From the NCBI GenBank assembly GCA_000934665.2, contig KZ538061.1, forward strand, positions 117,077-137,076: 20,000 nt of DNA, read 5' to 3'. Below are positions 10,277 through 20,000 of the stretch, in pieces. The notes below the pieces were generated by a model that was not told the origin of the DNA, ran no database searches, and was given only the letters and a program-made list of their open reading frames with translations. A program made the translations under genes and the position numbers. The stretch is from Catajapyx aquilonaris. Lineage: Eukaryota. Numbering within the stretch: the first letter of the stretch is position 1; the number at the start of each line of letters is the position of its first letter.

Positions 10277-11783
10277 ATGAGCGGGACGACGAGCATGCGT
10301 GTGCCAGGGGAGTTCCCGCCCAGGGCCCGCGTGGTCAAGCTGAGGGTGAAGGTGGGGTCCAGGGTGTCTGCGGGGCAGGTCGCGGTGGTCTGCCACTCGG
10401 CCCTGCTGGAGGACGAGGGGGATGCCGATGGGGACGGGGAGGGAGAAGGAAGGAAGGAGCAGTGGAAGGTGAAGGCCACTGGGGCGGGGACGGTGCTGGC
10501 CCTGGAGGTCAAGGAGGGGGACCTGGTGGCCCCCGGGCAGAGGCTGGCCGAGGTGGGCAGCTGCACGCATCCCACCGTCATGAGGGACATGTGCGCAGAG
10601 TGTGGCCTCAGCCTGGCCGAGGGAGGGCCGGAGGACCCAGACGCTGCCTCAGTCGCCATGGTGCACAGCGTGCCCGAGCTCAAAGTCAGCGTCAAGGTAA
10701 TGCGGCACAGGGCACCATGAAGGACATGTCACTGCCGAAATGCAAAGACATTCCTGCAAGTAAAGCAGAGCTTGCATCCTGGGAACTTCTATTGTATTGT
10801 GCTCTAGTTGCCTAACCAAAACAACATTTTCCAGGACAAAGCAGGCATTGTGTTATTGTACTGACACAATTGTCAAGTCGAAAGAGGGTAGAGTGGAGCT
10901 TCATAATCGTTGATTCAGGCCTTTAATACCATAATCAACACCCACACCGAAGAAATGGCGCAGTCTTGTGCCATAAATTTTGGTTGAAAGTGTAACATAA
11001 GCATATGATTTCATGCAAAAGACTTATTTTTAAAGGTAGTGGCAATCAGCAAAGTAATGCCTGCAGTAAAAAGACGCCAGCATTATCTTCCTGTAAAGTA
11101 TTGAGTTACCAGAACTAGAGCTTATTGACCATGAGATTCATGAGATATTATTGTGCAATGACTATAGAAACATACAACGGGTATTGTAGGTGACCCTGGA
11201 CGTCACATCTTGTGTAATAACTTGAAATGATGTCATTAATTCTCAGGTTCTTGCAGTGCAAGGTCAATGTATATCCTAGTGTAACTTTGCAGCTTAATTA
11301 CATCCATGTAAATATTGCAGGAAGCGCATATTTTGGGGAAGGCCGATGAGGAGCGACTTCTGAGGCACCACAAGCTGGTCCTTCTGGTTGACTTGGACCA
11401 GACTTTGATTCACACTACCAATGACAACATACCACCAAACCTCAAGGTAAGACTTAGACGTGTGAGTATGCTAAGAGCAGTTGATATTCAAATAAAAACT
11501 GCAAGGTCAGGTAATATTTTGTTTCAAATTCGTTCCAGGACGTGTACCACTTCCAGTTGTATGGTCCTAGCTCACCTTGGTACCACACTCGCCTGAGGCC
11601 TGGAACGCATGACTTTCTCAGGAAAGTGAGCGCCCTGTATGAGCTGCACATATGTTCCTTTGGCACTCGAGGGTATGCGCACCGAATAGCCTCCTTTCTT
11701 GACCCAGATGGGAGATACTTTGCACAGCGAATACTCTCCAGGGATGAATGCTTCAATTCAACTTCCAAGACTGCCAATCTTAA
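10277..11783 (+). CDS. CTDP1: RNA polymerase II CTD phosphatase FCP1/CTDP1, 5' part (exons 1-3 only)
   Basis: Exons 10277-10696 (lipoyl-like N-terminal domain, CTHPTVMRDMCAECG, VAMVHSVPELKVS; AAG|GTAATG), 11321-11446 (KLVLLVDLDQTLIHTT with the DxDxT catalytic motif) and 11539-11783 (WYHTRLRPG...YELHICSFGTRGYA...RILSRDECF...SKTANL; AA|GTATGT). Canonical splice sites, frame preserved. Confidence 0.95.
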
Positions 11784-11969
11784 GTATGTTTTCCATAGTG
11801 ACCCAAATAGATAAGTTCATGAAGTAATATGCATGTAGAAAGTGTATGGCTTCTACAGCATTTTCTCAATTAAATTTGTGACGCCAACATGAAATGTAGC
11901 TTAAGGAGGGGGGTTTTAACTAATTTTTGTGCTTCTGTTGATGGCTTATATGAACAGGGTGAATATGCT

Positions 11970-12030
11970 TTAAAGGGACACTCCACTCAAAATACAAGTT
12001 GGGCTCTAAAAATCGGGCAAAAAATCCTAA
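11970..12030. mobile_element. Possible Kolobok-like transposon end
   Basis: TTAA followed by AGGGACACTCC resembles Kolobok termini (TTAA target, purine start). Only a weak, degenerate inverted partner near 12865-12903. Confidence 0.3.
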
Positions 12031-12164
12031 CTCCGAGGGTATAAACAGTTTTTCTGAGAGACGAACGGTAAGGCCAGGGCGAAAGCTGGAAGTGCGTCGT
12101 TCGAAAACCGCGCTCAAACGGGCCCGGCGCCACCCCAAGGGTGACGTTGGATAGTAGCGCCGCC

Positions 12165-13061
12165 CAAAGAGCTTAATACTAGGAAGAGTGGAAAAAACAG
12201 CTGGTAGCATAGCAACCGTGTCTCCAATCGACTGACCTGCCACCTGGCGATCGACAGCCAAACTCGATACTGTATTGTACAATACGGTAGATCGAGGCAG
12301 TGCAGGAAATATGGCAATGAAAGCCCCAGAGGTTGGAAATAAGTCATAAGTACTAGTATACTCCCGTCAGATTGCCGACAAAACATGTTGCAGAAGACCT
12401 GTGAATAAAAAACCATCACGAAAAGCAAATATTATTTGCCAGAAGTTTATTGATTTCCACTACAATCCCACACTCTGCTCTATACAATACACACCAAGGT
12501 ACACACTGATAATGATGCTGAACATGGTCACATGACAGGAAGATATACCCCCCGCTGCCATCTTGTCGTGGCGGGACGGGCTTGTTCTTCTTCCCGTGAA
12601 CTCGAGAGCCTTGGAGGGCCCTTTGGTAACGAAAAGAATGTGATCCGAGACCCTGTGCGCGAACAGCAGTATAGTAGCACGCGGCACCCGAACGTCTACG
12701 CCACACTATGCCGGCAAAGGAACTTGTTCAATTTCGAAATTCGAACGTGATTTCTAAGCAACGAGGTGATTATTTGTATTGTTAGGTGCAGGGTGACCAG
12801 CTGCGCAGAATATCACTTTCGGGTCCAATATTAGTTCCTTAACCCCATAAGACCTCATATTGGTCAGTTTTTAGATGTATAACTCTTAATTATGTGCCTC
12901 TTGATATTAAATCAACACAGTGTATTGAAATTCATCTCGACAGCACTCGACGGTGGCGCCGCGTAGTGGCCGACAACCAAACACGTTGACCAAACAAGTG
13001 GCCAAAAAGTGGCGACGCTTGGAAACCGTTTTTTCCACTCTTCCTAGTATTAAGCTCTTTG
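12165..13061. mobile_element. Non-autonomous TIR element with CAAAGAG...CTCTTTG ends (P-superfamily-like)
   Basis: Perfect 34-bp inverted repeat CAAAGAGCTTAATACTAGGAAGAGTGGAAAAAAC at 12165-12198 and 13028-13061. No TSD found. Confidence 0.7.
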
Positions 13062-13065
13062 GTAC

Positions 13066-13356
13066 CAAAGAGTTCTGCTATATTATATATACACCTAGAG
13101 GAGGTACTCGGCCTGAAATGTGAGGCAGGCAACAATGCAGGCAACAATATGACCTTCAACAAGATGGCGGACGCCTGACATTATTGAACTAATTGTCGCC
13201 CAGTTGTCATTATTGGTTGTTGTCCCAGTTGCTAGACAACTGTTAGAACAACAACATGACCTTCAACAAGATGGCGACTGCCTCAGCCTGTCTAATGGAA
13301 AAGGATAGGGAGTTACCTCCTCTAGGTATTATATTATATAATAGCAGAACTCTTTG
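13066..13356. mobile_element. 291-bp MITE, P-element-like, with 8-bp TSD
   Basis: Imperfect ~45-bp TIRs starting CAAAGAGTTCTGCTAT and ending ATAGCAGAACTCTTTG. TSD TTTGGTAC at 13058-13065 and 13357-13364. Internal 21-bp direct repeat ATGACCTTCAACAAGATGGCG at 13149 and 13256. Confidence 0.9.
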
Positions 13357-14092
13357 TTTGGTACACATGACTTGAGTTCGTTCTATTGCAGACTATTTCT
13401 CACTCGCTGTTGCAGACCTCGCCACAAGGTTATGTTCCCTTTCCTTCCTTTTTACACCCACTAATTAGCCATCCAGTCAATTAATCAGGTAGGAAATAGT
13501 ACCAGCTGCTGTTTGATGTGCATTTGCATCGTGGATTATCCGTGATCGAATGTAAATACATGAGGTGTTCAATTTACCATCATTGAGGAGGCATTAATGG
13601 CCGAGGGATAGCTGCGTAATCTGGATAATCTTCAATAAGTAGTGTTTCTGTAAAAGGCATCTCATTATTGTTGATTACTCAAAGCACGTATTCCACTGCT
13701 AGTGTTGGTGGTGTCTGTAAGGCGTTGGAGTGACCGCACCAGTGTACTGTCTGTTTTGTGGCCCTGCCAGGTTTTGCTACAAAAATAGTGAGTACAGTAT
13801 CGCGGGCAGATTTGCAAGTTTAGTGGAATATAATTATGTTTCGAAGGGGAAACAAAATTAGGTTAGGTGAGGTTTAGGGATAACATTTTAGTGCCCATTC
13901 ATTGAAAAAAAAACAAACCTAAACATAATTTGTGGCATCTGTGATGGTTTGTATAAGTATTATGGGGAGTCCCCCAACCACATGTATTCAAGGACTGGTT
14001 TATTATGAGGTATTATTGGCTGTTATTATTATTATTATTATTGGCTAAAGAAATATTTGGAATAAAATAAAATAAATGAAAGTTCCTGAATG

Positions 14093-14730
14093 AAAGCCAA
14101 GTTCTCGCCGCACTGCGGGACCAACTTTACGCGACACAACTCCCGTCATTTTGACCCCCTCGAATCTTCGCACTGGTTAACATAGGTGGCTTCAAAATTT
14201 TTATTTGGGTAGATAAAAATCAGGTAAAAATAATACCCCCTTACTTCCATGTTTATATCTCTTTTCATTTCCGACTTTAAAAATCCTAAAACTACCAAAA
14301 CGGCCAAAATATGACACTAACTGACTGACTGACTCACTGACTGATCATCAAAATTATACGGAACTTCCAGTGGTCCTAGGCTGCTGAAATTTGGTATGCT
14401 GGTAGAGCTTGTCAAACAAACATCAGAATAAATCTGAAAACGGCTAACCACAAACTTTGTTTTTCCAGGTCGACCTTAAGTTTAATCATCAAAAAATTAT
14501 AATGGAATTTCTCTTGCTGTAACTTGGCCATTGCTCTTAAAACATTGAAACAGTTGTACAATTCAACAATACCACGGACATGAGCAATGGCCAAGTTACA
14601 GCAAGAGAAATTCCATTATAATTTTTTGATGATTAAACTTAAGGTCGACCTGGAAAAACAAAGTTAGTGGTTTAGGTTGAAGAAGTTGATAATGCCAGTA
14701 ATTGACAACGACGTTGAACTTGGCCGTATT
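14093..14730. mobile_element. Helentron-associated (DINE-1/HINE-like) non-autonomous element
   Basis: Short inverted motif GCCAAGTTC (14096-14104) / GAACTTGGC (14716-14724), mini-hairpin CCGCACTGCGG (14108-14118), (ACTG)n microsatellite at ~14316-14344 followed by GCTGAAATTTGGTATG. Family assignment is by structure only. Confidence 0.5.
14446..14672. repeat. Long inverted repeat: 91-bp arms, 45-nt spacer
   Basis: 14453-14536 is the exact reverse complement of 14582-14665 (84 bp). It extends to 14446/14672 with one mismatch. Confidence 0.95.
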
Positions 14731-15720
14731 TCAGATCTCACCACTTTTGACGGCCAAGCAGTCAGGAGACCTTGGCTTTTTTTTGCAGAAAGGTTTTAGG
14801 TGGGATCTCACCTCTTCTTGTAGGCAGGACGAGTGAAGGATAATTATAAGAAATCTCGGGGAGCCCCCTACAGTTGGGCGTGGAAGCAATGGTCCGTTAA
14901 ATATTCCAAATAAGGTAATGAATAACTTAGACCAAAATGCGTAGGTTATATAGGAAAGTATGTAAAACTCTATCTTTTCCTCTGAATAGGTATGATTTTC
15001 TTCTGCTTTCTCATAGTACGCTTCCTTTTTTCTGTTCTGGTTGTGCGAATTGGACATCTGCTACACCTGATCGCATAGCCCATTCGCGATCCTTAATCAC
15101 TTCTGTCGATGCCTTATTAGCCCTTTTGAGTATGGTTACGTCTGGTTGGTAAATAGATCTCAATCTATCGTACTCCAGAATAGCTGACTCTTGAGCCGTG
15201 ATGTTAGTATAAAGGAGGCATCGATGAGATGCACTCCATTATTTTGTATTTTAGGTAGTATTTAGGTATTNTCCATGATTGATGTCGTCGGCTGCGATTG
15301 GAGTTGCTGGGAGAGTATTGGAGTGTTGAGGACATTTGTTGGAACATTAGTTGTTGGGGGGGAGGGGGCGAGGGGTTGTCTGTCTTTTGCGGTTGACGGG
15401 CGGTTGTGGGGTCTGAGAGGGGGTTGTCTTTTCTTATTTTCTGTTATTGGTTACAATATTCGTGGTTGTTTCTTGGGCTGTTGGTGTGCGTGGGTAGGAG
15501 GTTTGGTCCCCCTGGGCGCTGGCCCAGGGGGGCTTGGGCTAATGCTGGTTCCGGGGGTCTGGGGCTTCGGCTCCGGTTCTTCCTTGGGACAATATTGACT
15601 GTTCCAAGTCAATATGCCCCGGCCCCAGACTGTATGGATCTGGGAGCCGGACATTGTTGGATTGTTGCCCACAGGTGGTAAGGCCTCTTTGGCTAATTAC
15701 ACCTGCAATTCTTTTATCTA
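14731..15720 (-). mobile_element. Decayed non-LTR retrotransposon ORF1 (gag-like) relic
   Basis: Minus strand gives frameshifted zinc-knuckle-like remnants (IRCSRC/QF/HNQNR near 15030-15075; PNCRGL...PAYKK near 14810-14880) downstream of a Pro/Thr/Gln-rich segment. Many stops and frameshifts. Confidence 0.4.
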
Positions 15721-16067
15721 GGGCCAACCCCACCCCGAGCCAACAGATGGCGCGCGCGGCAGCTTCGCCAGTTTTCTGTAGAGGGAGTGTCCGGTATTAG
15801 CGAAGCGCGTTAATAGTATTTGATGTTATTGCTCATCAAAGTTGTTTACTATCTGCGCGCCACCTAGCAACTAAACGGTCCGCTCGCTAGCGCCGCCCGC
15901 CTGACGCGTCTGAGCGCACCCGTTGCTTGCCTACATGAACCCCCTCTAGATGGCGTTTCCGACCACGGGTTCCTATGTCAAAAATGTTTGTCTTGGTCCC
16001 GTCTATCACCCCTTAAGTTTTTATTTAAAATTCATAGGGCCGCAGGTCAAGAACAAGAGGCACTTAC

Positions 16068-17184
16068 TGAGGACGAATCCTGCCGCGTAGGCTCCGGCGC
16101 AGCATGCAGCGACCACGAATCGGAGGGCGACGAAAACGACGTAGTTGGGCGCAGATGCGGTTGCGATGGCAAATGGGATCTGGACGCAGGCGGCGATGAT
16201 GATGCACCACCGCCTACCCATCCTGTCAAATTAAAATGCGACCTGTATGGACACGACACACCACACAATCCTTCAACTCACTTGTCCGACACCATGCCTA
16301 AGAATATTGCTCCGAGTGCCACTCCCACCATGTATATGGACTGGCCTAATGGTTTATAGGCGGCGTCGCTGCACACGTGGCGATTCTGTTTGGATCAAGA
16401 TTTTGTTGAGTGTACGGCGCGTTAGTCGGGCACTTCAACCTACCTCGGTGACGGTTGTGTTGTGGTAATAGGTATTGTTGAAAATCCATTCCTTGCAGGG
16501 CTCATTATGCTTTTTGTCACGCTTACCGATAAGTTCGTCTAAAGTAAAGTTAGCAATATCGTCGTCGAACTTGTACTTGTTACATTCGTCAAATATTTCT
16601 TCGCCGCTGAAAACAGGCAGCTTGTTATTACCAAATTCGCCACATAGTAATGCTCTAAACACCACCACCATTAAATTTCTCTCCATCACTTCTAAGTTGT
16701 TGTAAGTGACACGTACAGTAGCCTACATAGAGATCATAGATACCTACTTATCCGTTATGGTCATTATCGTGAGGTTCTTGATCTCTCCGTAGGTCCAGTT
16801 CGTCCCTTCTATCGTCTCTGGAACCTTGCACTGGAAATCTGGAGTGGCGCTCAGGAAGACGTAAGACACGTGATGGAAGCCGGTGAACATTCCTTCCAGG
16901 GCCAGCAGTGTGTAGATAATCCAATGCCATATTCCCAAGCGACCAGCCTCTTCAAGGATGGCTTCTCCTTCAGCTTTCTTTTTGTCCTGTCAAAGTTATC
17001 TTCTATAGTTACAACCCAATATTTCAAGCACATTACTCAACATACGATACTACTGTATGTCACGCTCAAGTTGTGTGTCAAGAAGTGTGTTTTGGTCAGC
17101 TTGTCACTAACATAGCGCGAATTTTTTTGTGACGCCAACTGTTGCTTAATAGTTATAGATTCTACTCACCTCTTCAGTCTCCAT
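16068..17184 (-). CDS. SLC22 / organic cation transporter (Orct-like, MFS), 5' part (coding exons 1-5 only)
   Basis: Exons 17184-17170 (METEE|GTGAGT), 16986-16748 (ILEEAGRLGIWHW...TM1...ATPDFQC), 16654-16444 (Cys-containing loop, PCKEWIFNNTYYHNTTVTE), 16385-16282 (VC...QSIYMVGVALGAIFLGMVSD) and 16222-16068 (MGRRW...APNYVVFVALRFVVA). MFS motif A (GMVSDKMGRR). All splice phases are compatible. Confidence 0.92.
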
Positions 17185-17557
17185 GATACTTGACAATTAG
17201 ACAATTACAGAGTATTCCATACAGGACGTAATTTGGAGCGTGTACTGCGCTAACATTCGAATTTTGAAACAGTATGAAGAGTGTCAACAGTTCGGTTGCC
17301 AGGGATCGAGACCATTTTTGAGAGCTGGTGTTCTCATTGTAATTAAAACACTGACAGGTCCATGAGTGCCGAACCTAAATGAGCGCAATTACCTCAATGT
17401 ACTGTACTTAGCAATAAAGCAATGCCTACTCAATTTGGAACCAATCTCCCTGTAATAATTAGCGAGTTGTTTTTAATTAAACATTTCCTTCCAGAGTAGC
17501 AACATTATGTTCATTGCAAAATGTAATGGACAAACAATTATTATGCGACCTTGTATA

Positions 17558-17717
17558 CAGTTCACTCCGGATATAGCAGACTTCAAAGGACAGCGAAAAT
17601 CAATCTGTTATAACCAAGGTCTGTTTATAGCGGAATACAAAAGCCATATATGGAAGTATGCCGGGAACGGCCTTTCGGGTCAGTTAGAGCCGAGGCTGTT
17701 ATATCCGGAGTCAACCG
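17558..17717. mobile_element. 160-bp Tc1/mariner (pogo/Tigger-like) MITE
   Basis: TA|CAGTTCACTCCGGATATAGCAG ... CTGTTATATCCGGAGTCAACCG|TA. TIRs match at 19/22, with TA on both flanks. Confidence 0.85.
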
Positions 17718-18779
17718 TACAATAATTTTCCACAAATTATTTAGTCATACAAAAGCATTGGCAAACCTGCATTGCTAGTTGTTGTTGTTTATATTACGTT
17801 AATTGCTTACAAATATAATTGTATCAAATGAAGCACTGTAAGGTATCATTTTTGAATAATTATTTTTAATATAAACAAGTTATAGTGATAAAGATTGACA
17901 ACATACAGACACCAGAAGGGCCCACGGCCCTACGAACGGGGTAGGAAAATAAATCAATAAATACAGACACCAGGCGTCTTATTTTGCAATACGTGAAGGT
18001 GAAGCTCATAGCTGGACGACGTTGATTTTCTTCCGCCCCCGATGAATTCTTCCCACTCAAAGATACAAACAAAATGAGGGTAGTACCTAGAATGGAATAT
18101 TTCAACTCTAGAAACACACGTCCTGCTGTTAAGACAAACATCTAATCTTCTTTGGTAATCCGAGCAGGACTTCGGCACATCTTCACAGGTGAGGAAATAA
18201 ATTGTGTTGAAAATAAAAGTTAAAAAAAAAGTTTTACAGAATTTATCTACAATAATTTATTTTTTCCCCTCTTTACATGTAGCAACTGATTGAATCCATA
18301 ATTTGAAGGGGTCGGTGCAATACTGCCCTAACCCACCAAATGACGACACAAATTAAGTTACGCGCACTTCCATTTTATGCTACAATCAAATATCTAATAA
18401 AGTACACAGACTGTCCGGTTTCTGCTATCAAACTAGGTTTTTCTTGCTGCAAGGTAATGAATGCCTAAGGTTCTGCAGCAAAACCGCCCTAACCCTCCAT
18501 CTTCAAACATGGCAGCCGGGCTTAAATAGTGAGATTTTGCCTGATGACACCGATGTCACATACAACACAGATTCTGTTTCTGGTAAGTTCATCAAAACTT
18601 GATATTATGGGCTTCACAAAGAATTCATAACGACAAGCACGTGAAAATATCAGTCGTTTTTTTGTTTAGTAATGGTGCGTGTATGTGAGCGAGCGCAGTG
18701 AGATCCCCAACATTATTAGGGCTACTTGTTACCCTGGTAAGATGCATGTAATCGGTTACTGAAATGAAATATCTTACAG

Positions 18780-19077
18780 TCTTGGGAGTAAATCTGAACA
18801 TAATTATAATATTCTACGTGCTACATGCCCACAATAATTGTTTTGTGTAACAGTTTGATAACTACTGGAAAATAACAAACCAATTAATTACTAGTTGATT
18901 TCATTAATTATGGACACTGCAGAAAAATATGTCTCGCTGTATGGGTGGTATTATATGCCAGTAACCCTCCATGAGATCTTGATTCACGGCTCCTGTGTGA
19001 TCACTGACACTTTGCTGCCCATAGGGGAATTGTCAGAGGAAGCCCAGGAGTATAAGAATAAGAACATTAGGAGGTAT
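18780..19077 (+). pseudogene. Transib (RAG1-like) transposase fragment
   Basis: TAEKYVSLYGWYYMPVTLHEILIHG...LLPIGELSEEAQEYKNKNIRRY (18916-19077) matches the recalled Transib C-terminal core (HxxLxH zinc ligands, SEEAQE catalytic Glu region). A weaker remnant GVNLNIIIIFYVL lies at ~18785-18823. No intact ORF. Confidence 0.8.
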
Positions 19078-19530
19078 GTTGCCATCGCTGAGTCAGCACA
19101 CTATATGTCAGCCTGACTCAGCACCATCCCATATGAAATATTGGGACATCCGTAACAACTCAAAACATATGTAAGAGCCCTCAGCTAGTAATAAAGAAAA
19201 CAATAGCTGGCTGAGGTCAGCTCATTGATCAATATATAAACGCTGGACTCTTCCAATGTCAAGTCAGTCAGCAAGAGAGTGAGTGATCCAGCCAGTGATA
19301 CAGGGAAAAGGAGACTTCACCCTACGACATTCAGAAGAGGTAATTATGGCGACTGTCCCCCCCCCCNCCCCCCCTTTGTATTGAAAAGGGTCCATGTTAG
19401 TCCTATTCCATGTGAATTGATATATTGATGTATATGTTAGGCTCAAACCCCGAAAACGGCCATTGCGCGAAAAAACCGTCCATTCTGCAGAATGATAATG
19501 GATGGCGGATTTTGCAGAATGCTCCATGTC

Positions 19531-19560
19531 AAACCGTCCATTCTGCAGAATGGACGGTTT
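19531..19560. repeat. Perfect 30-bp palindrome with a partial upstream copy
   Basis: AAACCGTCCATTCTGCAGAATGGACGGTTT; its first 22 bp are repeated at 19473-19494. Confidence 0.9.
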
Positions 19561-19805
19561 AATGAAACGGACAGAGCCCGAAATGCTCTTTTTAAGGCTA
19601 GAACGCTTTCCTGGGCGAAACTTACACGTCAGGACTCCAATTTCGTGTCGGGATGGCTGGTTTAGAAGACGCCCATAACTCGTTGTGGCAGTTTCCTATT
19701 TCCCACTGTGCCATGTAGAAGCTGGAAATAAATCACCCTATTGTTGTTTGGCAAATGGTTGAAATACTTAACATTTGATGATGCTGTTTATTTTCTAGGA
19801 ACTAT

Positions 19806-19972
19806 TACCTCCAAATATTTATTACCATTATTACTAGTACATCATTTCCAAGAACGGTGTTACTTCCAAATATTTATTACCATTATTACTAGTACATCAT
19901 TTCCAAGAGCTGTGTTAGGCCTACCTCCAAATATTTATAACCATTATTACTAGTACATCTTCTTCCAGGAAC
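19806..19972. repeat. Minisatellite, 3 copies of a ~55-61 bp unit
   Basis: TAC(C/T)TCCAAATATTTAT(T/A)ACCATTATTACTAGTACATC begins at 19806, 19861 and 19922. Confidence 0.9.
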
Positions 19973-20000
19973 TCCTATCCTTCAATTATTAGTCTATTAG

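Noticed and set aside
9998..10815. Long alternative-frame and antisense ORFs (190, 170 and 117 aa)
   Set aside because: By-products of the GC-rich CTDP1 exon 1.
13857..13880. TTAGG telomere-like repeats
   Set aside because: Only two exact units; too short to call an interstitial telomere.
15730..16016. CpG-rich segment ending CCCC-TTAA, a possible transposon end
   Set aside because: No matching inverted terminus found, including at the TTAA sites at 11901 and 11970.
15988..16705. Plus-strand ORFs
   Set aside because: Antisense to the SLC22 exons.
19806..19972. CRISPR-like repeat array
   Set aside because: Units are contiguous with short related linkers rather than unique spacers, the context is eukaryotic, and no cas genes are present.

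Overview
Eukaryotic genomic DNA, most likely arthropod (AT-rich background, 58-93 nt GT-AG introns, tRNA-derived SINE). The left half holds a cluster of three minus-strand, three-exon genes for small secreted peptides (1746-2453, 5516-5853, 8242-8549) that the unspliced ORF track only catches in fragments. All three share intron phases 0 and 2, a TATA box, an AATAAA signal and a signal peptide / acidic spacer / Gly-aromatic-rich C-terminus layout. The first three exons of CTDP1/FCP1 (+, 10277-11783) face the first five coding exons of an SLC22/Orct-like transporter (-, 16068-17184). Neither gene's 3' half is visible; between them lie a transposon-rich block and a single N at 15271. Mobile DNA includes a SINE with a 12-bp TSD, a P-like MITE with an 8-bp TSD inserted into the terminus of a related element, a Helentron/DINE-1-like element containing a 91-bp hairpin, a decayed LINE gag relic, a Tc1/pogo MITE and a Transib (RAG1-like) transposase relic. 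All calls were made by eye; no database searches were run.
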